Assembly: GCA_964016885.1 (NCBI GenBank)
Contig: OZ024742.1
Span: forward strand, 101,556,001-101,620,000
Reading direction: 5' to 3'
Source: Eledone cirrhosa
Lineage: Eukaryota
DNA: 64,000 nucleotides
Position 1 is the stretch's first letter; the number at the start of each line of letters is the position of its first letter. Of the stretch, positions 33,196 through 46,129 are shown piece after piece. The translations under genes were made by a program, and so were the position numbers. The notes under the pieces are model-generated. The model did not search any database. It worked only from the letters and a program-made list of their open reading frames with translations, and was not told where the DNA came from.

Positions 33196-34599
33196 GTAAG
33201 GTTTGTTTATTTAAAATATCATCATCGTTTAACGTCCGTTTTCCCTGCTTAACAAGGGTTAGAATAATGTTACTTTTATTAGCTATTTATTTACAACCGT
33301 TTAAAATTCCAGAGGCTGGTATATTTTATATCTCTTTATAAAATTCTTATTACTTATCTCTTCCTGTTTTAGAGAGGCATGGTATATGTTTATGATATTG
33401 TCGTTTATAGCCGTGTTATGTCTGGTAATATCTTTTTCTTCGTAATTACTTTACGTGTATTTCTATTTTCTAGAAGTTTTGGGTATTTTTTTTACATATT
33501 AATACAATTTATATAATAAATATGATACACTAGAGAAATAAATCAATAAAAATTAGTCATTAAAAAAAACCCCAAAAAACAGTCGGCGTTTGTACTTAAT
33601 TACTCGCTAGAACAGAGAATACTAGTGTTTCGCCCTAAAATATTTTGAAGCAAGCCAAAACACTGGCCTTGCAGCTGGTGACAGCTAGGCTAGGGCGTTG
33701 GAATAGCAACCTCACCAGTCGCCAACAAATATGAACATTTTATGAATGTGTGTCGCCTATCAGTTTTAGCATTTCTCTAGTGTTTTCTCATTTTATTTGT
33801 TTTAATAACCCATTCCAAAAGACTGATGTAGGTTTTGTGTGTGTGTGTGTGTGTGTAGATAATACACATACATGTAACAGTTAACTTATATGTAGTAACG
33901 AGGGTAGTGATCTGTATATTACTCTTAGTTTTATATAAAGAAATTGTTATTACGGGGTCGATAAAATAAAGTACCAGTAATGCACTGGGTAATTGATGGC
34001 CTTGTGCCTAACGTAGAAACAATTATTAATATATCTTGATTATGATATAAATTTATTTTGTATTTAGAATCATAACTAAACAAAAAAAAAGAGGATAAAC
34101 TTTATTGTATAGTTTTACTATCTTACTTGTTTATTGCAGTCCCCTTTTTGTGGGTGAGTAATCTGCACTGGTTTAGTTAGAAGAATAAAACATTTACATT
34201 AATCTATATTTATACATCATCATCTCATTACTTAACAGTTTGCTTGTATAACTCATATCAACCAACCAACCGACTACCTGTCTCTCGCTCTCTTTGCAAC
34301 GTTTGCTCACTAACTGCTGACTAACATCAAACAAATATAAATAACAAGCTTTCATTAATGCTATCTCCTATATACACCGTCAATTATATTTGTATAGACA
34401 AAAATATAACATTTTCTATTCGGCAGCTTTCTGTTAATAGTTACACAAACAGACTAGAAAATATTTGAATTTGAAAGCATTAAATCCTTCTTCCCTTATG
34501 GACACGGACACACACACACACACTGTCAAGTATGACGGGAAAGGTCTTAAGAGGAAGTAATATAGATATTACTTGTTGAAACAACTCCTTTCCAGAAAT

Positions 34600-34910
34600 A
34601 ATTTCTGGAAAGAAGAGGGAATGTGTGACGTCCGAACAAAGTATCTTCTACCTCCAACTAAGTTACTCTTCACCTCTGGGTCCCTGTCAACAGGCGAGGG
34701 AGACGCGCTGGAACATCCATTCCACTTCGCGGAGCTCGCACCTGCGGACAGTTGACTCCGTTTCCGATAGCAGTGAGTATGGATGTGGTTCTGGGGCCAA
34801 GAACGCCGGAAGTCGCAACAGCTACAGGCTCTTCTACCATAAACCTATCAGAGAGCGATCGATACATGGACAGTTTGTCATCTTGGGCCTGGCGGGCAGC
34901 AAAGCCTGAA
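34600..34910 (-). mobile_element. CRE-like RLE retrotransposon C-terminal fragment
   Basis: YRSLSDRF..PVAVATSGVLGPRTTSILTAIG and WMFQRVSLA motif. Confidence 0.7.
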
Positions 34911-34974
34911 TTTCATTTGTTTTCTTTAATAATTAACCGAGGACTCATTTATTTCAAAGCAATTGGGGGGGGGG

Positions 34975-35013
<39 letters not shown>

Positions 35014-35105
35014 AATTTAGTTTTGTATTGTTACTGTTATTTCCTTAACAATTAATACTACTTCTTTACAACTTTATAAACTGAGCCTCTTTTAATTGTC
35101 AGTAA

Positions 35106-35831
35106 TCTACTAACGTATAATTGTTTCTACTTGTGGCACAAAGCCAGCAATTATCCAGTGCGTTACTGGTACTTTATTTTATCGACCCCGTTAAGATGAA
35201 AGGCTAAGTTAACCTCGGCGAGATTTGAACTCAGACTATAAAGGGCCATAACTCTATGCTACAAAGCATGGCGTCCGACCCTCTATCGATACTGCCAATC
35301 CACCGCCCATTAAAATGTATAATACGCTTGTGTATTTGTCCGTCATAAGAAATGACTGAGGAAATAGGGGGTGATGACAGACTGAGAAAGGAAGGTGTGA
35401 TAACGTCGACTTAGAAAGGAGGGGTGGCAGCGTCCAATATTCACTACATCTATGTGTGTATATGTATAGCGAATTGACTACACATTGGCTGTTATGATTA
35501 TGTGTTTATTTAGAAAAATACATAGACAATGGAATTATAAACACTCACGAATCTACATATATATATAAACAGACACACTAGAAAAAATAATTATTACATA
35601 CACACTCATCTATGTGATGACTGATCAAGGAGGGAGTGAGCAATTATAGAAGGCCAGCGTTCTAAGATTCGTCACAGCTGTGTGTTTGTATTTGTAGCGA
35701 TTTGTTTACACACATTCACTGTGTGTTTGTTTGTTTGTATCACTTGTGTGAATAAGCGCGAAGGAACCAACCAACATCTCTTTTTATATTATGTATACTT
35801 ATTCAATTTTTGACGGCACGGGGCCAGCTGG
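35106..35831 (+). mobile_element. Possible non-autonomous Helitron with a nested SINE
   Basis: A|TC start, GC-rich subterminal segment and CTGG|T end; internal diverged tandem units. Confidence 0.4.
35119..35308 (-). mobile_element. Nin-domain tRNA-derived SINE
   Basis: Reverse complement of the ggcggtggattggcagtatcg..gagttcaaat..ctttcatc..ggggtcgataaaataaagtaccagt family. Confidence 0.85.
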
Positions 35832-36399
35832 TAATATATATATTCTTTTACATATATATACAGCATTAAAATATGTCTCTTTGGCAGAAAAAAAATGTTT
35901 AATGTACGTTTTTGATTTTTAATTGAAGATACAAATTTCAATCGAAAATTGTTTTGAGGGAGAAATATTTCACTATATATATATATATATATATATAATT
36001 TTTAAATGCATATTGTAAGAGATGACTAGAAAAGGTTGGCTTTACATTCTAAGTTCAAATCCTGTCGAGGTCAACTTTGCCTTTCATCTTTCCGGAGTCC
36101 ATAAAATAAAGTACCACTGAAGTACTAGGGTTGATTTAATCAACTTTGCCCTTCTCTTTCATTTGCTGGTTTTGTGCCTTAGTTATAAATCATTGTTCTA
36201 CTCTTATATCAAAGTTAAAATATTTGTTCAAAACTTATGTGGTGATAACATTACAAATTGTTCGCAATTATTTCAGAATGAAAATATAAACACATATTAA
36301 ATACAATTAACCATTGTTAGGAGCCTCACTAAAATATACGATCAAAGTGAGAGAAAGAAAAAAAAGGAAACAAAAACCACTATCAATTGACCGCACATC

Positions 36400-36800
36400 A
36401 CAGGTCAACTGAGATTTTTGAGGCAAGCCAAACACGCTCGCAGCATTACCACGGGTGATGGCGAGACTAAGGCGCTGGAACAACCTGGCACCCTCAAGGC
36501 CATCACCTGACACTTGGTAAGGCGAGCCGCCAATGATGACAAGAACTTCGTTGTCAGCAGTCCAACTCCACCAAACGTCTCGAACGAACGTCACAAGGTG
36601 GGGAAAATAATTGGTGGATAGTTCCCAGCATTTTCGGATTTTATTCCGTTTGGCAATAGAAGCAGTAACCCTCACATTTACCGCGGCACCCATGATGTGG
36701 GAGAGAGCAAAAGAGTCACTGACTGTGACGTCACAGATGAGACACCTGCATCTTCCCCAGGGACAAAGGGTAAAACTCTCTGTTCTCTTCCCATCACTTC
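36400..36800 (-). mobile_element. CRE-like RLE fragment
   Basis: DGKRTESFTLCPWGRCRCLICDVTVSDS..LFQRLSLAITRGNAASVFG. Confidence 0.75.
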
Positions 36801-37002
36801 TTGTGATATTAGGATTATAAACAAGGTTTATCATTCTTTCGGAAGTTTTGGTAGTTCACAGCTAGTTTCATAAGCCTAAAAAAAGTCGCTATTTCATATA
36901 TTTTTACATAAGACTCGAAATCAATAAATTAAAGAATGTAGTGGCCAACGATAACAGCTCGAACCAGCCAATGGAATTAAAAGTCAATTCACATGTTTCT
37001 TA

Positions 37003-37192
37003 TTTAATCCTTTTGATACCCAAGCACACGAAATAGCCTCCAGTTTTATACGAAGCTGTTTATATTTAAATAAAACCTTTCATCATAATACCAACTTTAA
37101 TGAGGAAGTTAGTTACATTACTAAATCCTTCTAAAGTATTAGAAAATTATAGGCAATGTCTTCCGTTAGAAATATTGTAACGAAATGGTTAA
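37003..37192. mobile_element. TTAA-flanked MITE-like repeat
   Basis: ttaatcctttt..aatggttaa ends; related termini near 53187, 58871 and 59076. Confidence 0.45.
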
Positions 37193-38149
37193 TGCAGGAT
37201 TAATTTATTTTAAAATACTTATTTCCTTTTTTGTTGCGTTATGCAATTAAAATAATTTTATATTTGGTGGACCATGTAGGTTTTCTTATGGATTTTGCGA
37301 AACACGTGGAAAATTTGTGCATTTAAACTGTAGACGTTCCCACTGTTACTTAACTTATCAATGGATAGTGTCCCTGAAACATGTCAGAATACGAAATATT
37401 TATTGGGTTGTAATTATTTGTAGAGGTGGAAGGTTGGCAGAATTGTTAGAACGTCGGATAGAATACTTTACGGTTTTTCGTTCCAGTTCTCTGCTTCCTG
37501 AGTTCAAATCCTGTCGGGGACAACTTTGCCTTTCAACTTTTCTATCTTGATAAAAAAAGAAGTACCAGTCAAGTACTGAGTTCTATTCTTGCTTTATATT
37601 TTCTTTCCTAATTCCACTCTCTCACTCTCTATCTTTCTTCGGAAGAAATCGGTTGTATTCGGAACTTGAAAGGGATGGGCTCCACCAAGTTTTGAATGCC
37701 TTAAACACACCGTATATCATGACGACGCCCCTACACCATATCAGGAGTTGTGGGTCCATTAATTGCAGGATAAAAATTTAAACCTTTTGCATTAATAAGT
37801 TAATTGAAGAGTGGTTAGTTTAAAGGATAGGGTGTTTAAGTGGTAAACATACTTTATGTCTATATTTAAATTTGCAACAACAAAGTTTGCTATTCTAGAA
37901 AATGGACGTGAAACGTTCCACATTGTCTTTATAAAAAAAAAAAAATAGACCTTCAAGTAATGGATATTGTTTGAAAACATCAACTAGGTTACTAATTATC
38001 TTGATTGCCTGATTAACTAATTGATTACTAATTAAGCAATTATTTAGTATGTCTACGTCTATGTGGCTGTCCTTGAGATAGAAGCTGAAGCTACAAAGGA
38101 AATTAATTTTCCTTAGATGCCAAATAACTGACCTCTTGCTTTTACTTTC

Positions 38150-38298
38150 TCCACCGATACTGCCACAAACGATATCAACAACAACAACACTACCACCACC
38201 ACCAACAACAACAACGTTACGGCCACCAACACTACTACCACTGCCACCACCAACAACAACATTATCGCCACTACCAATAACACCACTACTACCATCCC
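38150..38298. repeat. Degenerate (CAA/CAC/CTA)n trinucleotide repeat
   Basis: Direct inspection. Confidence 0.85.
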
Positions 38299-38488
38299 TA
38301 AATAATATAGCTGATGTGGTACTTGCTCAATTGTTTAGGTCGGCAGATGTAGTATTTCCTTCAAACTGAAATAACAGGTGAACTGGCAGATAGGATGCTA
38401 CACTTAAACAGGAAGTAGTAGATTAGTGATGAAAGCTGGTGATGAGTAAAAAACCTGTGTTTGTTAACTGCAAACAGCAGTACATTGA

Positions 38489-39018
38489 AATAATTGTTTC
38501 TACTTTTGGCACAAGACCAGCAATTACTCAGTACATTACTGGTACTTTATTTTATCGACCCCGTAAGGATGAAAGGCAAAGTTAACCTCGGCGGGATTTT
38601 TGCAATAATGATTTCTAATTTAGGCTCGAGTCCTGCAGTTTTGGGGTGAAGAGAAAGTCGATTATACCGGCCTTAGTGCTTAACTAACACTTTATTTTAT
38701 TGACCTCGAAAGGAGGAAAGGCAAGGTTAACCTCGTCAGTATTTGAACTCAGAAAATAAAGACCCGGAACAAATACTTCTAAGCATTTGTCTGGCGCTCT
38801 AACGACTCTGACAATCCACAACCCTCACAATTTCATTGAAATAATTGTTTCTACTTTTGGCACAAGGCCAGCAATTACTCAGTACATTACTGGTACTTTA
38901 TTTTATCGACCCCGTAAGGATGAAAGGCAAAGTTAACCTCAGCGGGATTTTAACTCAGATCGTAAAGGGACGTATCTACGCTGGAAAGCATATCTGACCC
39001 TCTACCAATACTGCCAAT
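38489..39018 (-). mobile_element. Cluster of three Nin-domain SINE copies
   Basis: Repeated tttatcgaccccgtaaggatgaaaggcaaagttaacctc-type cores near 38550, 38700 and 38905. Confidence 0.8.
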
Positions 39019-39159
39019 GGCACATAGCTGGAATAGCAGGGGCTTGAACAGAATTAGTGAATGTCCAAGAATTTTTCTTTTTTAGTTTTACTTTTGTACT
39101 GGTTTCAGTCATTAACCATCAGCAACCTTTACCATCGCTTTCTTCAATGAGATATGCCT

Positions 39160-39420
39160 GAATAAAGTTCTCTGGTGCCTGCCGCAACACTGTCCCAGTG
39201 AACACAGTGAAGAGAACGTTGACCCCAGAGGATAGCAACGGAGATACGTTGAAATAGTAATTCCAATTCGCGTTGCGTAGTTTTGCGAGTGACCAACTCT
39301 GTCTCGATAGCAGTGAGTATGGAGGTGGTGGTTCGGGGACCAAGAACGCTAGCAATCTCCACCGCTTTAGGTTCAACGAGAAACCTATCAGAAAACAGCC
39401 AATCTTCAGCTTGTAGGGCA
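39160..39420 (-). mobile_element. CRE-like RLE fragment
   Basis: SDRFLVEPKAVEIASVLGPRTTSILTAI..LLFQRISVAILWG. Confidence 0.7.
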
Positions 39421-40869
39421 ACAGTCAACCTGAACCCTCTAGTGAAGTCAATATTTTCTAAATATATTTGGCTGGCATCTTTGATTTCCTCCCACTTTCT
39501 TAAATCATTCGTACTCAGCTCACCCTTCTTAAACATTTTTAATCATTATCATCATCGTTGTTTTTTTACGCCTGCTTTTCCATGAGTAGGACGAGATCTT
39601 TTAGGGCAGTTTTTTTCTTCTCTCCAGTCGGATGTCAGTCATGATGCCAACCCATACATTAGATCAAACCTTCCGGCGCTAAAGGGCGTTTGAGGGGACT
39701 TAAGCCCTCCTATAATTTGTTTCAATATACTTGTGCCTTGGTTTTTACTACATTGATTTTCTATTGACTCTAAATATGTTAGTGTGATCGTGTTTTAAAT
39801 TTCTTTCTTAGTCTCGTATTAGTGATAAAAAAAAAAGTGTGAGCTAATAATAATAATAATAATCGTGTACACTATATATACTTAATTCCCCATCCCAAAA
39901 CTGTAACGGAAGCTCTAGTTTAAAGTATGGTATATACCGCCGACGTTTGTCGAACTGATAAGCTGCGTGACATTGTTTATGAGAGACACAAATAAACATT
40001 ACCGTTTGCTTTTAATGTTGATATGAAGACGAATGCGTTAAACTGATTCACATAAACACATACACGAGTACATACAGCCAAGTATAGTTGTACGTACCCG
40101 GTTTTTAGAATAGATACGCTATATCTCTGGACATTGTAGGAAGCTACTAAAAGTGTTGGTATCAGGAAGGGCATCCAGCTATAAAACATTGCCGCAAACA
40201 TTCATATCTAACTCAGGTCGACATGGAAATGTGGAGGTAAAAAAAAATGATGACGACACACAGACATACATGTCTCCCTCTACTAAATTCATTGATAAGG
40301 CATTGGTCAGTATGGTGCTAAAGTAGAAGACACTCGCCCATTGTGTCATGCTGTAGGATGGAACCCAGAATCACATTTTTCTATATAAAAGGTTAAGTTT
40401 TCTGTATTTTCTACCATACAATTCATACATTTATTATATATAGATATGGTATTTACATGCAATGAAAAAACAATGTCGTTTTCCTTAGATGCCGTTCATC
40501 ATCGTAACCCTACTTTCGTTAATTCCATTTCAAGTATTAATTAATCCTCAATTAATTAGAGAATAGATCTTACTTATTACTGCTTCTATAGGCGGTAAAT
40601 TGACAAACTCGTTAGAAAGTCTGATAGAACAGTTTGCCGTATTCGTTCCGACTATCTGCGCTCCCTTTCGCCCTTTTTGGGGTCGATAAATAAAGTAACA
40701 GTTCAATACTGGTCTCCATTTTTCTTCTCTCTCTCTCTCACAGAAAGTGTCTGTGTTGAGGCATGGGGAGGGGCACCGTCAGGTGTTAACTGTTCAAGAC
40801 ACGCTGTATGTCAGACACTAAGGCGCTCCTACAACTCCATCTCTCTCTCTCTATATATATATATGTATG

Positions 40870-40910
<41 letters not shown>

Positions 40911-41700
40911 AACTGCTGCTTCCAGTGAGTCATCTAAGCAGTCGGTGTTTCTTAGCTACAATGCAATCGATGTTTTGAATGGCCACTGGGCTTTTTAGTT
41001 TTAGTTTGTCTATACTGATTATTTAGTAGTGTGTGTGTGTATATATATATATATAAAGTGTGGATCCTGGGGGTGTCCTCGTGACATTCGGCGTTTATCA
41101 GAGTCCATCCCTCCAGGTTAAACATACCCGATTTCTTCTTAGATAGAGAGAGAGAGAGAGAATCGGCTTCAGTACTTGACGTACTTTTTTATCGTCATCA
41201 AATGGGTTTAAGGCAAAATTGACCTCGGTCGGTTGTGAACGCAGAGCACAGAGAAGCACCTATTATTCGGTTTTGACGTTAAGTGTTCCAACGGATCAGG
41301 CTGCTCATGAAATTAACGTTCAAGTGGTTGAGCATTCCGCAGACACGTGTATCTATAACGTAATTCTCATGGAGATTCAGGGTGACACACTGTGTGACAA
41401 GGCTGACCCGTCGAAAAGTTGTAGGTTATAATTATATTTGAATTTGTAGTGGGCTCCAATTAATAAAGGGAGGAGTGCTGGACAGCGTCCCTTTTATATA
41501 TTTTTTATCCCGTTAGTAAAATAAGTTGAATTACTTTGAACAAATAATGAATGAATATTATGTAATTTATCTACTAAATTTCGTAGCTCTTGATTAAACA
41601 TAAATATTTTTATATTTATTTTCATTTTCGAACGTCGTGTTTACATTTTGTGTGTGTGTTTAGATCTAAATTAGTGTCGTTTTAACTGATTATATATATA

Positions 41701-42086
41701 TGACGGTTGAGAGAAGAGTACTCAATACCGAAGTAATCTTGTAATGAGGCTTGCAGAATGGTGAGTCCGCCATTCTAGACGCTGCTGCCTTGCAGAAGTC
41801 CCAAATCGAAGCTCTGACACTCTCGTCCCCATCATTCAGCAGGGATTTTGCTAGGCAGCCGCATCATCTCCGATGGTTGGGCTTCCTATTTGGAAATTGA
41901 AGGTGGGATTTACGTTCATGATGTTGTGGTGCACGAACGGAACTTTGTAGATCCTGCGGACCTTGATGTGCACACACAGCTCATAAAGAACACATGGAGC
42001 CGTGCAAAGAAGAAGCTTCGTCGCCAGCATGTGCAAGCCTCATTACAAGATTACTTCGGTATTGAGTACTCTTCTCTCAACCGTCA
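41701..42086 (+). mobile_element. Merlin/IS1595 (ISXO2-like) transposase fragment enclosed by a 55-bp inverted repeat
   Basis: GSRIISDGWASY..HDVVVHERNFVDP..VHTQLIKNTWSRAK; IR arms at 41701-41755 and 42032-42086. Confidence 0.75.
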
Positions 42087-42088
42087 AC

Positions 42089-42121
<33 letters not shown>

Positions 42122-42128
42122 ACGCACA

Positions 42129-42180
<52 letters not shown>

Positions 42181-42559
42181 GTTGCATATTTTAACATTCA
42201 CTTCTTTAAAATTTTCAAATGTCAACACTTCCTGTTAACGTCCTTTATATCATAACGTTCATATATTTGTATCGTTATATAAGGTTTATATTTCCATGGC
42301 TAATTTTCTCCTTTTTCATAACATTTTAGTTTATCATATATGCAGTTTATATATAATATTGTCTTCTTTTAATGTATCATGAATTACTTTACTGATTACA
42401 TAAGAGAGTGTAACACAGACTTCGTTCAATTTCTGTGCATATTGTCAATTGCGATTTTATTTGACGTGTCATATCTATATGCATATATACCTGCGTATAA
42501 TATCAATATGCACACTACACATGCTAGCAGAAAACCACCTGAAGGGTGGTTTTTCTTCT

Positions 42560-42895
42560 AGTAATTTTAATGATTGTTTGTTTGCTATAAGTAATATTTG
42601 AAAAAATCGGATAAAATACCCTTGGAGGTGGAAAAAACGTGAAGATACGCCTGCAAGGAGTCGAATCATACGCCTCTTGGATGCCAAGCGAATGCGTTAA
42701 CCATTGCATATGTTTACATTCTAGCTATAGGCTTAAACTTTATAAAATAGGCTTCTTAGCGTAATGGCTAACGTACTCGGTCGGCATTCGAAAGATGCGT
42801 GGTTCGATTCCTCGCAGACATCTCAGCTCGCTTATTTCCGCTTCCATTAGTAATTTACCCGATTTTTCTAATTATTGTTTATAGAAATAATCATT
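42560..42895. mobile_element. Divergent pair of related tRNA-derived SINEs
   Basis: Minus copy (aatggttaacgc..gattcgactcc) and plus copy (aatggctaacgt..ggttcgattcc) with similar bodies. Confidence 0.55.
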
Positions 42896-43424
42896 ATAGT
42901 TATCTGCGTTGTGACCTCTATATTTTCAAATTTCCCGAATGCTTTGTAAGCATTAAAAAATTATAAGCCAATTTATTGTATTATGCATCATATTGGTGTT
43001 TCAAGTTTATGAATCCCAATCAATTAGCAGCTGTTTAAGCATTGCAGTATTTGTTCTAGCTATCTGTACACTGAGTTCAAATACCACTATGGTCAACTTT
43101 GTCATTCACCCGTCCAGGGTGGATAAAGTACTAGTCTAGGTGGGTTGACTGGAAGAATTATTAGAACTTCGGATGAAATACCTTAAAGTATCTGTACCTA
43201 TTCTGTACGTTCTGAGTGCAAAACCTCTATATCTTACTGAAGTCCCATCAGTTATAAAGGTTATTGTGAAGGGCTGGTATCAAACCCACTGAAAAAAAAA
43301 AAAAGAACTTAATATGGCAGTATTTTTTATTCAAACTAAAATATTCATATTGATTATAAAATTTTCATCTATTTGGCAGTTAAAGGTAATAAGAATATTG
43401 AACATTTAATTAAAATACATAGAA

Positions 43425-43617
43425 ATAATTGTTTCTACATTTGGCACAAAACCAGCAATTTGAAGGGCAGGGGAAAATCGATTAAATTGACGCCAGTACC
43501 TTACTTGTACTTTATTTTATCGACCCCGTAAGGGATTTGAATTCAGAACGTAAAAGGCCGTAACTATATGGCGCAAAGCATGTTACCGACGCTCTACTGA
43601 TACTGCCAATCCACCAC
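43425..43617 (-). mobile_element. Nin-domain SINE (internally deleted)
   Basis: Family head and tail present. Confidence 0.75.
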
Positions 43618-44285
43618 TCTTGATAAATAGAAATAGTGGAAAGGAGATCAAGGACAAAATAGAACAGAGTTGTGAAGAGTGAGCTCAAGAAACTGAACTT
43701 AACGGAGAAGATGGCACAATCGTGATAACTAGCGGCTCGCCTTGTTTGAAATGACCTTGACCTACCCACCAATACGGTTGCGACGGTATTAAAAGTAAAT
43801 ATGGTGAGATAGTGATTGCGTGGGGTGGAAGAGGGTCCCTTTAAACCTGCAGTACACCTTGTAAAGTGGTTGACGGATAAATCAAGATAATGTAGAGTAG
43901 AAATGAAGCACCCTTTGGTTTTGTCGAGAACTTGGCAACCTCTCTGGTGCTGATGTTACGATAAAATGTACCCAGTACATTTTGTAAAGTCTTTTTAGTA
44001 GATAACTTAGAGACATTGTCTACAAAAAATGTTAAATGATAATTTAAGATCGTGTTGATAGAAAGCATTAAAAACCTAACTAGAAATAATTATGTAGTGA
44101 GGGGGAAAACCCATTTAGCTAAACAATTATATTTTTTCATACCAACATTTTTATGTTTCGCTGATGAAATCTTAAAACCGAAATCTGCTCTGGGTAATTG
44201 CTGATATTGTGTTTCGCTCACTACATAATTATTTCTAGTTTTCCTTTTAATGCTCACTACATTAGTTGTTAATATTTACTTAACT

Positions 44286-44500
44286 AGGGTGGAGGATTGG
44301 CAGTATCGGTGGAGTGTCGCTCAAGATTCTTTATGGCATAGAGTTACGACCCTTTACGATCTGAGTTCAAATCCTGCCGAGGTTAGCTTTGCCTTTTATC
44401 CTTACGGAGTCGATAAAATAAAGTACCAGTAATGTACTAGGTGATCGATATAATCGACTTTCCACTTCCCAAAAATGGTTGGCCTTATGCCAATATTAAC
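44286..44500 (+). mobile_element. Nin-domain SINE
   Basis: ggattggcagtatcgg..gagttcaaatcctgccgagg..gtcgataaaataaagtaccagt. Confidence 0.8.
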
Positions 44501-44752
44501 TTAACTATACTGAGAAGAACTATAGTTAAGATAAGACTCACACATACATATGTATATAAATATGTGTGTGTGTGTTCAGTATTTCCTTGTTTCTCCATTG
44601 ACATTTGTATGACTAATATTACTGATAAAGGAAATTATTTTGGTGTTAGGGCGTAGGACAGATGATTAGTAAAAGTACAAGAGTCGATATAGTCGTGGTC
44701 CCAACCCACCATAAAATTGCTGGCTTGTTCCTAAATTAGAAACCATTATTTA

Positions 44753-45100
44753 GGCGGTGGATTGGCAGTATCGGTAGAGGGTCGGACGCCATGCTTTCCA
44801 GCATAGTTACGTCCCTTTACGATCTGAGTTCAAATCCCGCCGAGGTTGACTTTGCCTTTCATCCTTACGGGGTCGATAAAATAAAGTACCAGTAATGTAC
44901 TGGGTAATTGCTGGCCTTGTGCCTAAAGTAGAAACAATTATTTAGGCGGTGAATTGGCAGCGCCTTTAAAACATTGGACAGAATGCTTTGTGGTATTCGT
45001 TCCTGTTCTCTGTGCTCTAAGTTCAAATCCCGCCGAAGTCAACTTTGCCTTTCATCTTTTTGTGGTCGATGAAAAAGTAGCAGCCTAATACTTGGTCGAT
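44753..45100 (+). mobile_element. Two head-to-tail Nin-domain SINEs
   Basis: Copies at 44753-44942 and 44945-about 45100, each preceded by attattta. Confidence 0.85.
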
Positions 45101-45125
45101 TCTTCCTCTCTCTCTTTTATATATA

Positions 45126-45156
<31 letters not shown>

Positions 45157-46129
45157 ATTTTCCTCTGGGGGGAAAAAAAATCAACTTTGTTCAGACCTGA
45201 AAAGGGATGGGTTCTGCCACGTTTAAATATCGGAGACAACACCGTATATATATCACGACAGCAACCCTACAATTTTAGCGGGAATGTCTAAGTGAAAGTG
45301 GTAGCTGTTTCAGTCATAGGGTTGTGTCTTTTCTTTATGAACTAGTTATTTCTTTTAATACGAAGAGTAATATGTATTGTCTTGGTAAAGAAAGAATGAA
45401 ACTGTTAATATGTTGAGTAGTGAAAATTTCTTAGAAACAATTGGTCTTCTTGCAAGGGATACATGAATGAAATCTTTATTTGTGAATTAAAATGGCAGTA
45501 GCCAGTATTTGTACAAAACAAGCTGGGCCTTGCTACTGAACTGTCTTAATGATACGTTAATTACGGCGCGACGTCTCATTCACTAGCTTCTACATGCGTA
45601 TCTATTTTTTTTTTCTTTCTTTCACTCTCTCTCAAAACAAGCTTTATAGCTATCCTTAATTTTTGTTCTTTTTTTCTTTGTTCTCTCTCTCTCTATCTTG
45701 CTTTTGTTTCTTAATTGTACGGGATATTAGATACCTTTCCTAGTCTGTCGTGGCTTACAAGTTTCTATATGAACGTCTGAATTGATTAAATAAATAAATG
45801 TTGAGTAGTGAATTTAATTTGAAACGATTGGTCTCCTGCAAAGGATACATGAATGAAATACTGATTTATTTGTGAATTTTAGCCAGCATTTGTATTAACT
45901 AAAACAAACTTTCTCCAAGGATACATCAAATACGATATGACGTCTCATTGATTAACTGTAACTTCTTATTCAACAAATTTCAGATTCATGTTTTCAATGA
46001 AAGAGAAAAGAAGAATTGGGGAGGGAGCGACAGATTCTACATCCCTGTTTAGGCAATATATCCCAGTTGCACCTCGCAGATAAAATAGCGAGGGCATTGC
46101 CAGAGAGAACAACCAGCAACATCCACTGC

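Noticed and set aside
37350-37392. GGA..TCC-GAAACATGTC resembling the 3' half of a Penelope hammerhead
   Set aside because: The CTGANGA core is absent; at most a decayed relic.
44150-44200. CTGATGA...GAAA spacing resembling a hammerhead
   Set aside because: No stem II or stem I pairing.
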